Assembly: GCA_963782915.1 (NCBI GenBank)
Contig: CAWALK010000019.1
Coordinates: 118,460 to 182,459 of the forward strand
From: an uncultured archaeon
GTDB taxonomy: Archaea > Thermoproteota > Bathyarchaeia > Bathyarchaeales > Bathycorpusculaceae
DNA length: 64,000 nt
Direction: 5' to 3'
Of the stretch, positions 51,500-60,772 are shown in pieces. Numbering within the stretch: position 1 is the stretch's first letter; each line of letters starts with the position of its first letter. Below the pieces are notes generated by a model. The model was not told where the DNA came from. It ran no database searches and saw only the letters and a program-made list of their open reading frames with translations. The position numbers and the translations under genes are program-made.

Positions 51500-51725
51500 A
51501 ATATGCATGACAGACTATAATGCCCAAACACGCTTATAACTCACCAATATGGCGCATTGAATAACATACAATCGCGTTTTAATACGACGGCAAGAATTGA
51601 GCCAACTATAGTATATGTTGTTTCTTGAGGGTCCAAGATTTTTTGAATTAAAATAATAAAAAGGTTTTATTATTGCATTGATTACGATTTAATACTTGGA
51701 AAATGTTTTAAATATCTCTGTACTA

Positions 51726-52041
51726 AATTTTCTGGGTGAGGAGCGCCTGTGAGGGGCTGAATTTCTGGGTGAATTGTATAAGGGCAAGTCACTTGGACAT
51801 CTCTTAGTAGGAACAGTCTCACCCATTAAATTCATTACCCATTAAAATTATTGCAAGGGCTGTTACTGTTTTTCTACAGTCACATTGGCTTTTATGTGTG
51901 CTTTAATTTGGTTATCTTGCAGATCGCCAACTGCGAAGTGCTGTGGTTGTTGGGGCTTGGCGAATCTACTGTAACGCATAAAGTCACTGGGTTTCGTCTC
52001 CGTTTTTATCCCTTTAGCTGTCAGTAGGTTCGCCAAGCTTT
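51726..52041 (+). ncRNA. Candidate two-domain structured ncRNA
   Basis: TTTAAATA at 51707-51714; nested TGGGTGA/T(C/T)ACCCA stems; 17-bp stem 51955-51971 with 52022-52038. Confidence 0.55.
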
Positions 52042-52876
52042 ACTTAAAATAATAAGGCTCTCAAAACGGCTTAGTTTAGCGCCAGTTTTGGGGAAAACCT
52101 AAGCCCCACAATGCGATAATTATTACCTAATCTGCGTGAGCGTCAACGATAATAAACCAGAGCACCAATTCCGAAGAACAAGAGCGATCCTTCAAAAAGG
52201 ATTATTATATTATGGCCATGATGGTAATTTCTTCAGGTTCATCGTCTATTCCCTATTTGTTAGAACTTGTTTTACATTTTCGCCAGAGGTATCCCTGGAA
52301 CTGCGATCAGTTGCAGGTTGTAGTATCGCTTATGCAACAACACAGGCTTAACTATGATTTGGCTTAAGCGAAATAACGATTAGCCATAATCCTTGAAAGG
52401 CTAAATTGCAGGTTTAAACTGGAACAGGGGTGCGTTCCTTCCAAAAATTTTGCGGAAACAATCTGTAAAAACAAGCAAAAAGGCAACCAACAAAGGCAAA
52501 CAAACGATCAATTGTTTCCAGCTATTTTGGTTGAACATCCGCCTTTTTATCAAATGCACATTATTACGCCCTCTATGTCCATCGAAAACATTGCATAAAA
52601 GGCGAACTCACTAAGAAGGAGTCAACTGCCAAAGGCTATTTTTTCTTAGTTCTACGTTCCTATTCCAAGCTTTTCAAACTTATTGTTCAACATACTTTAA
52701 AGTAGTATAAGCTCGCCGCTCCCCTTGCGAGGGGAACTCCCACCGCCCCTGAGGAATCAATTGAATACCGTTATCAGACTTTTTCAACCCCTAAATCCCT
52801 TTTTCCATGTCTTAAATAACACAACAGACTTTTCGCGTGGGCGTCGCAGAGTATGACCAATCGGGCGATTTGCTGG

Positions 52877-52917
52877 ATATAAGTAAGACTCCTTCCGAGT
52901 GAGCAATTATTACATAT
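52877..52917. promoter_or_regulatory. Duplicated 41-bp promoter/operator block, copy 1
   Basis: 39/41 identical to 54722-54762; contains ACTC-N5-GAGT. Confidence 0.8.
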
Positions 52918-52958
52918 CCCAAAGTAAATTTATTGAACAACACTCCTGGTGAATAAAC

Positions 52959-53462
52959 GTGTCTTCAACAGAAAATATTAAAAAAATTTTTTTAACCCTT
53001 GGACCCCCTGACCAAGCCTTTTATAAATTACAAGAGGTTTTGCAAAACATAGGATTGAAGAACTTAAAAATCAAGGAATCAGCGAAGTATTCCTACATAC
53101 ATTTCATTTATAAAGAAGGCTTAATACAAAAGGGAACAATTCAGATATATTTTTTTGCCAGAAAAACCAATACTGAATTTTGGATCAATTGGAGTTATCC
53201 TTCGAATGAGGAAAATCAATCAGAGGATGATAATACAGAAGATTTGGAGTTTGGGGACGGGGCTGAAATTTTGAATATAGCCGCGTCCATTTTCTCAGGC
53301 ATAAAGAATCGCCGCAAGTCGTCCTCCATAAATTACACAAAGCTAATTGGCGAGATCGGGCTTAAAATGGGTGCAAAGGAATTAAGTCATTCTCAAGGGA
53401 ATGAAGCAGTCCAATTTCAAAAATCTAACAAAAGTGCATACGAGTTATCTTCCGGTCTTTGA
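52959..53462 (+). CDS. Hypothetical protein, paralogue of 54808
   Basis: FYKLQEVLQNIGLKNLKIK...YKEGLIQKG...WSYPS. Confidence 0.75.
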   Translation: MSSTENIKKIFLTLGPPDQAFYKLQEVLQNIGLKNLKIKESAKYSYIHFIYKEGLIQKGTIQIYFFARKTNTEFWINWSYPSNEENQSEDDNTEDLEFGDGAEILNIAASIFSGIKNRRKSSSINYTKLIGEIGLKMGAKELSHSQGNEAVQFQKSNKSAYELSSGL

Positions 53463-53699
53463 ACAAATCATCGATAATAAGGGTCATTCCAAATAATTTT
53501 TTAAAAAAAATAAAATTTTACTCCTCTCACAAAAAACGCTTGCATACGAATGCTGCTGGGGTAAAAGATCCTCTCTTGTTTGAATATTCATTCTTTTTCT
53601 ACCACACCAACGGATGATATAGTGTCACAACTAACGGTGCCCACACTGGTTCACATATAAAAAGCAAGCAAACCGCCGAAGTTAAGCAAATCTCTAATT

Positions 53700-53996
53700 C
53701 TATGCTCTTGGCCGAAATCTGCCAAACTTTAATTGCCCAACATACTTTAGAATCCAGCGAACAAGTTCCTCATAGGCTTGAACACCTTCTTTAGTCAAGT
53801 AGACAAACCCTTCATTATCTATCTTTACAAAACCCTTATCCGACATCCAAGAAAGATACCGCACAAGCCGATCGTACGCCAACCCCGTAGACGTAGCTAA
53901 CGCTGTCTTGTTAGGCCTGTTTTTCTCTTTTAGTGCCTCAATAATTCTGGCGATGACATAAAGGTCGGGTTTAGAACTCAGCTCTTCCGAACTCAA
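53700..53996 (-). CDS. Winged-helix transcription regulator
   Basis: PDLYVIARII...NKTALATSTGLAYDRLVRYLSWM...VYLTKEG; probable TTG start at 53996. Confidence 0.85.
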   Translation of the reverse strand: MSSEELSSKPDLYVIARIIEALKEKNRPNKTALATSTGLAYDRLVRYLSWMSDKGFVKIDNEGFVYLTKEGVQAYEELVRWILKYVGQLKFGRFRPRA

Positions 53997-54669
53997 GGCT
54001 AAACCACCGTAATTCCCAAACAAGCGTGTCTAGAGCGCGTAATTCTCTATAACGCTTCAAAAGATCATTACCTATTAGAACAACTACAAGCAGAACGGCA
54101 CACAAACCCCAAAATATTGCTCCTGCAGTTATAAATTTTTGCAGCAAAATTAGGGTAAGACCATTCCATAGAAGCTCAAACGCTGATACTACAACAATTA
54201 AGTAAGTCCCAAATTTAATTAAACCATAAATTGCATAACCAAATCTACCGTTAGAAATGTTTTCAAGCGTTTTTTCCCAATTCATATCAACCAACAATTT
54301 TAGCGTACTTGAAAAACCCCTTGAAATTTCTACCTTCCAAGTTCCTTCTCGGACGGAATTGATTTGTCTGCGCATAAAAAACATACCACCAAGTAATCCC
54401 GCCACAGGAATAAGGAGCGACAAAAAAGCTACAACAAAAAACATTGTTGTACTAAGAATATGTTCAAATTCTAAAATCTCAAAAACAGTAAGAACCGCAA
54501 AGAAGATAGCGACCGAGCCTCCAATAATTACGGCAAACCTTTTTAGAGATTCAGCTATGGCGTTATATTTTTTTATTTGGTCAAGCGTTTCCATTAACTC
54601 TGTAACTTTGGAAATTACTTTATCTTCAGTTATCATGCATTTTTCACTGTTTATACTACGGTAGGGCAA
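53971..54669 (-). CDS. Membrane protein (about 4 TM), overlapping the wHTH gene
   Basis: Hydrophobic segments; C-terminal LVWELRWFSLEF. Confidence 0.75.
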   Translation of the reverse strand: MPYRSINSEKCMITEDKVISKVTELMETLDQIKKYNAIAESLKRFAVIIGGSVAIFFAVLTVFEILEFEHILSTTMFFVVAFLSLLIPVAGLLGGMFFMRRQINSVREGTWKVEISRGFSSTLKLLVDMNWEKTLENISNGRFGYAIYGLIKFGTYLIVVVSAFELLWNGLTLILLQKFITAGAIFWGLCAVLLVVVLIGNDLLKRYRELRALDTLVWELRWFSLEFGRAEF

Positions 54670-54721
54670 TTACTCTGTCAAGATTTAGCCTTTGATTCCA
54701 GCTAAAGGTTTCTCTGTTTGA

Positions 54722-54762
54722 ATATAAGTGAGACTCCTTCCGAGTGAGGAATTATTACATAT
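54722..54762. promoter_or_regulatory. Duplicated 41-bp promoter/operator block, copy 2 (divergent promoter)
   Basis: ATATAAGTGAGACTCCTTCCGAGTGAGGAATTATTACATAT. Confidence 0.8.
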
Positions 54763-54807
54763 AGCTCTTGCTAAGTGCTAAAACTAATTACTCCTTGGTG
54801 AAATGAA

Positions 54808-55335
54808 TTGTCATCGAAAGTTGAGATTCGAAAAAAGTTTTTAACTTCCAAGCTTCAAAAAGATATTTTTTACTCATTGCAAGAAGTATTACCTAGTCTT
54901 GGCCTTAAAGACCTTAAAATCAAACGAGCAGTTGAATGGTCATACCTATTAGTGGAATACAAAGAAGGTTTCATGCAAAAAGGCCAAATTGTGTTCAATT
55001 TCCTAGACAGAAAAACAAAAACGGAAATCTTGGTTTTTTGGAATTACCCCTCAAAAAAGGAAAAGAAATCAGAGGAGGACGGCGATTTTCATGGCGCAAA
55101 AATCCCAGCATACTTTCCTTTAAAAATCGGTAAAATACGCAAATCTACATTGAACCATGAAAAAATGATCGAAAAATTAAGACTTAGAATGAATGCAACT
55201 GAGCTAGTTAAATCCCAAAAACAGGATGACAACAAAGAACAAAAAAACCCTGAAAAAATAAGGTGCAAAGCCTGTCTTGACATCTATGACGAAGCTTTAG
55301 GCAAATGCCCAAGGTGTGGATCGGGGATCTACTGA
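54808..55335 (+). CDS. Hypothetical protein with C-terminal zinc ribbon, paralogue of 52959
   Basis: Shared N-terminal domain; CKAC...CPRCG. Confidence 0.75.
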   Translation: MSSKVEIRKKFLTSKLQKDIFYSLQEVLPSLGLKDLKIKRAVEWSYLLVEYKEGFMQKGQIVFNFLDRKTKTEILVFWNYPSKKEKKSEEDGDFHGAKIPAYFPLKIGKIRKSTLNHEKMIEKLRLRMNATELVKSQKQDDNKEQKNPEKIRCKACLDIYDEALGKCPRCGSGIY

Positions 55336-55337
55336 TT

Positions 55338-55778
55338 ATGTTTGAGCTAAACCCTTTAGATATTGAAATAACTATTAAACTCTTATTAGCTGTTACTTTA
55401 GGCGCGATAATTGGATTGGAAAGAGAATTGCATAGAAGTGCCGCAGGAATTAAAACCTACGCCATAGTATGCTTAGGTGCTACCCTCTTTACTTCGACCG
55501 CTGCTATAGTCGATATAGGAGTCACGACAGGAGTAATAACCGGTGTTGGTTTTTTAGGGGCTGCTATGGTGTTTAAATCAGAAAACAAGGTTTTCGGTTT
55601 AACAACTGCTGCTTTGATTTGGTCCACTTCAGCTGTCGGGTTTGCTATAGGCACAGGACTATATTTTGCCGCAATAATCGGGACAATCTTAATTATGACT
55701 ATCCTCTATCCAATCGAAAAAATAGAGACCAGGATCCTAAAAACACACCATCACGAACAAAAACCGAAGAAACCATAG
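55338..55778 (+). CDS. MgtC/SapB family membrane protein
   Basis: LGAIIGLERE...AGIKTY...TGVGFLGA...GLTTAALIW. Confidence 0.9.
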   Translation: MFELNPLDIEITIKLLLAVTLGAIIGLERELHRSAAGIKTYAIVCLGATLFTSTAAIVDIGVTTGVITGVGFLGAAMVFKSENKVFGLTTAALIWSTSAVGFAIGTGLYFAAIIGTILIMTILYPIEKIETRILKTHHHEQKPKKP

Positions 55779-56300
55779 ATAACAATTGCAAATACAGTAG
55801 TAACAGCAACTGACTGAAATTCAGCAGAAAAATGTGCCCCTCCTCTCACTATTGTACAATTTCCTCTCTTTGATACGTTAACTTTAGGTTTGATCCTACA
55901 GTACTCAATGGCCCAGCTTCATTTTCTCCACAAAGCAAACCCCAAAATGTACTGACCTCAACATTCTCCCACAACCACAGCCCAACCAAACAACATAGTT
56001 GTGGCACAAAAACCAGCCCACCCACAACCCAACAGAACCCCCAAAAACCGCCAAACCCAAAAAACACTTAAAAACACAACCTAAAAATGTGGATACCTAA
56101 AACACCCACAACCACACAAAACAAAAAACAGATCACACAGGTGACGGTTAAGTTTTTTCAGTTGCTCTGCCTGCGCTTGACCGCAAACTATGTGCAACAC
56201 AAAACGCCCTTTTACATCTAATACCCTTTGTTAATTGGTATCAGCAACATAATTTTCATAAAAAGCATTTATGTAGCGACACGTGTTAAAAATACTGAAG

Positions 56301-56870
56301 ATGAGTATGTCCGAAAAAATTAGAAGCTTCGTAGCTTTCGACTTAGCAAACGACAGTGTTGTAAACAGAATAGCTACAGCACAAAAAATGATCATGCAAA
56401 CAAACGCCGACGTTAAACTCGTCGAACCAAAAAACATCCACATAACAGTCCGTTTCCTGGGCGACATCACCCCAGACATGGTAGAAAAACTATATACCGC
56501 TATGAAAAACATCAAATTCACACCCTTCAACATCCAAATAACCGGTTTAGGAGTATTCCCAACCGTCAATTACCCACGAGTAGTCTGGGCAGGCATAACC
56601 GACGGTGCACAGCAACTAAAAAGCATCTTTGAACAGCTTGAACCCCAACTCCACGACCTAGGATTCGCACCGGAACCAGAAGGATTCACCCCGCACTTAA
56701 CCATCGCACGCGTCCGCACAGGCGCAAACAAACAACGCCTCATAGACTTGGTGCAACGCCAAGAAAACTATGACTTCGGCAACATCCGCGGCGACTGCCT
56801 AAAACTAAAGAAAAGCCAACTATCACCAAAAGGCCCAGCATACACCACACTCAAAGAATATTGCCCATAA
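56301..56870 (+). CDS. thpR: RNA 2',3'-cyclic phosphodiesterase (2'-5' RNA ligase family)
   Basis: Two HxT motifs (HITVRFLG, PHLTIAR), PRVVWAG. Confidence 0.92.
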   Translation: MSMSEKIRSFVAFDLANDSVVNRIATAQKMIMQTNADVKLVEPKNIHITVRFLGDITPDMVEKLYTAMKNIKFTPFNIQITGLGVFPTVNYPRVVWAGITDGAQQLKSIFEQLEPQLHDLGFAPEPEGFTPHLTIARVRTGANKQRLIDLVQRQENYDFGNIRGDCLKLKKSQLSPKGPAYTTLKEYCP

Positions 56871-56881
56871 AAGGCACTTAA

Positions 56882-58306
56882 ATGGCAACTGACGCGTTAA
56901 CCCAGCGGATTCTGCAAAGAATCACGCCCAAACCCGAAGAAAAAGCAAGGGTTGACGCGTTAAGCCGCAAACTAGAACAAAAAATCGCCGACGCAATCCA
57001 AACCGAAGGCATAACCGCAGTCATACGCGTGGAAGGCTCAGTCGCCAAAGACACATGGTTAACTGAGAACCCAGACATCGACGTATTCATGCGTCTGCCC
57101 ACTTCTATTCCACGAAAAAACCTCGGCGACATCGGGCTGAGAATAGCTAAAAAAGCAGCTGGAGACGCCGAGCAAGTTGAACGTTATGCGGAGCATCCTT
57201 ATCTTGAAATTTTCATGGATGATTTCCGTGTAGACATCGTGCCCTGCTATGATGCAGCGCCGGGTGAGTGGCAAAGTGCAACAGACCGAACACCCTACCA
57301 CACCGACTATATCAGAACCCACCTCAGTCAAGAGATGCATGGCGAGGTTCGGTTGCTCAAGAAGTTTATGCAGGGCATCGGTGTGTATGGCGCAGAAATT
57401 AAAATCGGCGGTTTCAGCGGATACCTCTGCGAATTATTAGTCCTCAAGTACGGTTCTTTCGCCAAAGTCATTGAAGCCTTTGCCGCTTACAACAAGCGCG
57501 TTGTAATCGACCACGAAGGCTTCTACGCTAATCGCATCCGAGAACTTGAGCTGCTTTTCCCTGAGCCTCTGGTAATTGTTGATCCAGTCGATAAAGGCAG
57601 AAACGTTGCTTCAGCCGTGCAAACACAGAAACTCTACGAATTCATCGCTGCCACAAGAGCCTTCTTGAAGACGCCAAACGAAGAATTCTTCTATCCACCA
57701 CTACAACACGCTATATCGCCTGATCTCTTAGAAGGCCATCTCATGCACTGTTGCTCCTCATTTCTGTTTTTAGCCATCGGCGAATTAACCGCTGTCCCAG
57801 ACGTACTATGGGGGCAACTTTACCGCTCCAAACGTTCACTGCGAACACTGCTTGAAACCAACGACTACAAGGTACTGCGAGATGGGGTTTGGAGTAACGA
57901 AAAAGCGTTGAGTGTCTTTGTTTTTGAGTTGGAACAGAGTGTTCTGCCCAATGTTAAGAAGCATCTGGGTCCGCAGCTTGAGCGGAGTGTAGACTGCGAA
58001 AAGTATCTGGCCAAATATGCAGAGGATAAACGGGTTCTTTCGGGTCCCTACATTGAAGAGGGTCGATGGGTTGTTGAGTTGCCCCGTAAAAACACAGATG
58101 CAGTCGAGCTTTTTAGTGAAAAGCTTGTAGACGGAGGCAAAAACTCGGGAGTCGCCGAACTGGTTGCTAAAACCATACAGACGGAGCTTAAGGTTTTGGT
58201 CGGCGGCGAAATACTGAAGATTTATGTGGAAAACGCTGACTTCGCAGTTTTCCTCACTGAATTTGTCAACGGTAAACCTTTCTGGTTAAAAACCCAGCAA
58301 GCTTAA
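56882..58306 (+). CDS. cca: Archaeal CCA-adding enzyme
   Basis: GSVAKDTWL, DIDVF, YAEHPY, DRTPYHT, GFSGYLCELL, DPVD..RNVASA. Confidence 0.95.
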   Translation: MATDALTQRILQRITPKPEEKARVDALSRKLEQKIADAIQTEGITAVIRVEGSVAKDTWLTENPDIDVFMRLPTSIPRKNLGDIGLRIAKKAAGDAEQVERYAEHPYLEIFMDDFRVDIVPCYDAAPGEWQSATDRTPYHTDYIRTHLSQEMHGEVRLLKKFMQGIGVYGAEIKIGGFSGYLCELLVLKYGSFAKVIEAFAAYNKRVVIDHEGFYANRIRELELLFPEPLVIVDPVDKGRNVASAVQTQKLYEFIAATRAFLKTPNEEFFYPPLQHAISPDLLEGHLMHCCSSFLFLAIGELTAVPDVLWGQLYRSKRSLRTLLETNDYKVLRDGVWSNEKALSVFVFELEQSVLPNVKKHLGPQLERSVDCEKYLAKYAEDKRVLSGPYIEEGRWVVELPRKNTDAVELFSEKLVDGGKNSGVAELVAKTIQTELKVLVGGEILKIYVENADFAVFLTEFVNGKPFWLKTQQA

Positions 58307-59077
58307 AGCAACAAGCACTGCTCCAATGATAAAGCAGTAGATGCTGAAAAGCCAGAACTTGTTTGCAGCCAACGTTTTCTGGAGCAGTTTTAACGCTAAG
58401 AAGCTAACGGCAACTGTCACTAATAGTGCAGCAGCGATTTCTATGGTTCCGATTCCTGCGGTAGAAAGCATATCATGTTCTTGGTAGAGGGTTAATCCCA
58501 ACGCGCCGATGACTGCGGGAATAGATAGTAGGAAAGAGAATTTGAAAGCCAACTCCTTCTTTACGCCCAATAGTAGCATGGTGGCGATGGTGAAGCCGCT
58601 TCTTGAAACACTGGGGATAATGGCTAACCCTTGCATTACTCCTACAAGAAGCGCCACTGGCATGCTTATGGTGTCTTTGCGTTCTGTTGAGAACTTTGTT
58701 GCCAAGAGCAAACCTCCCGTAATCAGGAACCATATTCCTAGCCAAATTAAACTGCTGAAATAGGCGTCTAGCTGGTCGCCGATTGCTACTGCGATGAGTG
58801 CGGTTGGGATGGAGCCGACTATGATGGGTATTATTAATTTTCCATCTTTTGAGTGGAGGTCTCTGTGCCAAAGCGAAGTCAGCACATTCTTAATCGGACC
58901 ACGGAAGTAAATGAATGTAACCAGTAATGTGCCAAAATGCAGCAGAACATCAAACAGCAGTGGCACGGTTAAACCAAAAAAGTACTCGGCAACTCTAAGG
59001 TGCCCTGTGCTGCTGATTGGCAGCCACTCGGTTGTGCCTTGAATTAAGCCTAAAGTTATGGATTGCAGTAGGTCCAT
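58286..59077 (-). CDS. uppP: Undecaprenyl/polyprenyl-diphosphate phosphatase (BacA)
   Basis: QGTTEWLPISSTGHL, AIIPSVSRSGFTI, FSFLLSIP. Confidence 0.92.
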   Translation of the reverse strand: MDLLQSITLGLIQGTTEWLPISSTGHLRVAEYFFGLTVPLLFDVLLHFGTLLVTFIYFRGPIKNVLTSLWHRDLHSKDGKLIIPIIVGSIPTALIAVAIGDQLDAYFSSLIWLGIWFLITGGLLLATKFSTERKDTISMPVALLVGVMQGLAIIPSVSRSGFTIATMLLLGVKKELAFKFSFLLSIPAVIGALGLTLYQEHDMLSTAGIGTIEIAAALLVTVAVSFLALKLLQKTLAANKFWLFSIYCFIIGAVLVALSLLGF

Positions 59078-59114
59078 GCCGCTTCGCTCTACAGGTTGCA
59101 GCCTTGGTTATTGC

Positions 59115-60269
59115 CTACTGGGTTACGCTGTGGTACCAGCTGATGATGTATTCTGGTAGGTTTAAGCCGCGTTCGCCTAGGCGTTCTGCTAGTTTGACTG
59201 GTAGTGGGCTTAGTACGTATGCTGCTCTTGTGTAGAAGCGTCTTGGGAAGCATGGTTTGGCTTCTTCGGGTAGGATGATTTTTAGGTCTGCTTTTTTGGC
59301 TAGTGTGGAGTCCGCGTTGCTTGTTATGGCGAAGACGGTGCCTTTGAATTTTTTGAGTACGTCTGCCCATAGGATTACGGGTCTTGTTTCGCCGGAGCAT
59401 GATAGCAGTATTTCTAAGTCGCCTGCCCTTGGGTGTGGTGTGTTTACGCCTCTTGTGATGTAGACGTTGTCGCCAAGGAAGCTTTTGATGTGGAATAATC
59501 GTATGGCGGTCATTTTGGCGATTTCGTTTGCTGTTCCTCTTCCGCCCAAGAATAGGTTGGTGCGTTTTTCTAGTAAATCTACGAGTTGGACGTAGGTTTC
59601 TGAGTTGACGTTATTGTCGATTATTTCGCCCATTTTTTCGAATTCTTCAACGCATAACGGATAAACTTCATCTATGTCTAAATTGCGATAGATTGCTTCT
59701 ATCATGCTATTGAGCAATTCAAGGGTGCCTAATTCGAAGATGTCGCCCATCATGCCTGTTTCGGCGTATTCGAAGGATGGTTTTGATTTGCCTCTGCCTT
59801 TGAGTTGAACGGTATGTCCATATTGCGTTGTGATTTCGGCTAGTGGCGAATCCATGGCTGAGGTTAATAGGCCCATGCTGAAGTGGTTTGATTTCTTTTC
59901 CTCGATGTATTTGGCGAGATCCTGTGCCATGACCAGTGGGTCGTCGCTGTATCCGCTGCCGGAATTCATTAGGAGCAGCGTTTTTTTGTAGCGCCTTTCC
60001 AAATCAGGTGCGGCGTCGTACATGCTTTTGCCGGGGAACCCTGGATCATCGGGTGTTAATACGACTTTGTTTCGCCAGCCGGCTGTTGCCAGGGCGATTT
60101 GGCTCATGGCGGCGTTTAGTGAGTAGAGTGAGCGTCCGGAGCCTCCGCAGATTACGCAGTCTGCGGCTCGTAGCTCCTCATAGAGTGGAGCAAGCTCTTT
60201 CTTTTTAATTGATAAAATGTTCTCTTGAATCTTGTTGACGTATCCGAGGCTGCTGACTTTACTCTTCAT
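59115..60269 (-). CDS. Tandem SIS-domain sugar isomerase-like protein (PHI/HxlB-like)
   Basis: GGSGRS...NSGSGY...FE, second domain GDLEILLSCSGET...ITSNADSTLAKKAD. Confidence 0.75.
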   Translation of the reverse strand: MKSKVSSLGYVNKIQENILSIKKKELAPLYEELRAADCVICGGSGRSLYSLNAAMSQIALATAGWRNKVVLTPDDPGFPGKSMYDAAPDLERRYKKTLLLMNSGSGYSDDPLVMAQDLAKYIEEKKSNHFSMGLLTSAMDSPLAEITTQYGHTVQLKGRGKSKPSFEYAETGMMGDIFELGTLELLNSMIEAIYRNLDIDEVYPLCVEEFEKMGEIIDNNVNSETYVQLVDLLEKRTNLFLGGRGTANEIAKMTAIRLFHIKSFLGDNVYITRGVNTPHPRAGDLEILLSCSGETRPVILWADVLKKFKGTVFAITSNADSTLAKKADLKIILPEEAKPCFPRRFYTRAAYVLSPLPVKLAERLGERGLNLPEYIISWYHSVTQ

Positions 60270-60489
60270 CCGGCTGCACGATCCCGTTTATGAAGATTCA
60301 AGGATTATCTATATTATCCTTGTGCTCCTGAGAAGCTGTTTTGGGGGTTAGTATTCATCGTTTGAATAGTTTTTTGGGCTTTTTTGATTAATTGCCTATC
60401 GTTATTGTTGAGAGGCTGTTTGTCGAGTGGTATGTTGCTTTCCCGGATTATGCCCTCTTTTTAAGGGCCAAGGAGGTCTGCTTAGAGGA

Positions 60490-60537
60490 GTTTTGTTGCT
60501 CTGCACAGGTACCCCCTCCCTTATTTATAGGCCGGAC
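60490..60537 (-). repeat. G-rich dispersed element B
   Basis: Minus strand GTCCGGCCTATAAATAAGGGAGGGGGTACCTGTGCAGAGCAACAAAAC. Confidence 0.7.
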
Positions 60538-60671
60538 GTTTGCAGCTTTAGCATTGTATCTTGTATGCATGTGTTGGGTTGGTGCTGGTGTTGAAGGTTG
60601 AGTGTTAGGTGAAGCATGATTTGCATATGCGTTTGCAGCGGTCTAGTTTGCAATAGTTGGCAAGAAAAAAT

Positions 60672-60716
60672 GTTTGCTGCTCCCAGTGACCTCCCCTCCC
60701 CCTATGAGGGCTAATT
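60672..60716 (-). repeat. G-rich dispersed element B
   Basis: Minus strand AATTAGCCCTCATAGGGGGAGGGGAGGTCACTGGGAGCAGCAAAC; 18-nt identity with 62785-62802. Confidence 0.75.
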
Positions 60717-60772
60717 GCTAAAATCGCGTCTATACGTTCATGCATCCGTTCCATTTTTTCATATTTTGCCAA

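Noticed and set aside
51750-51800. c-di-AMP riboswitch suggested by TGGGTGAATT...AGGGC
   Set aside because: No downstream CCCGAA...CAGCTAAC segment.
52136-52760. ORF 52136, decayed minus-strand hydrophobic frames and the TCCCCT/AGGGGA hairpin at 52720
   Set aside because: Multiple stops and no recognisable family; a single 6-bp hairpin is not enough evidence.
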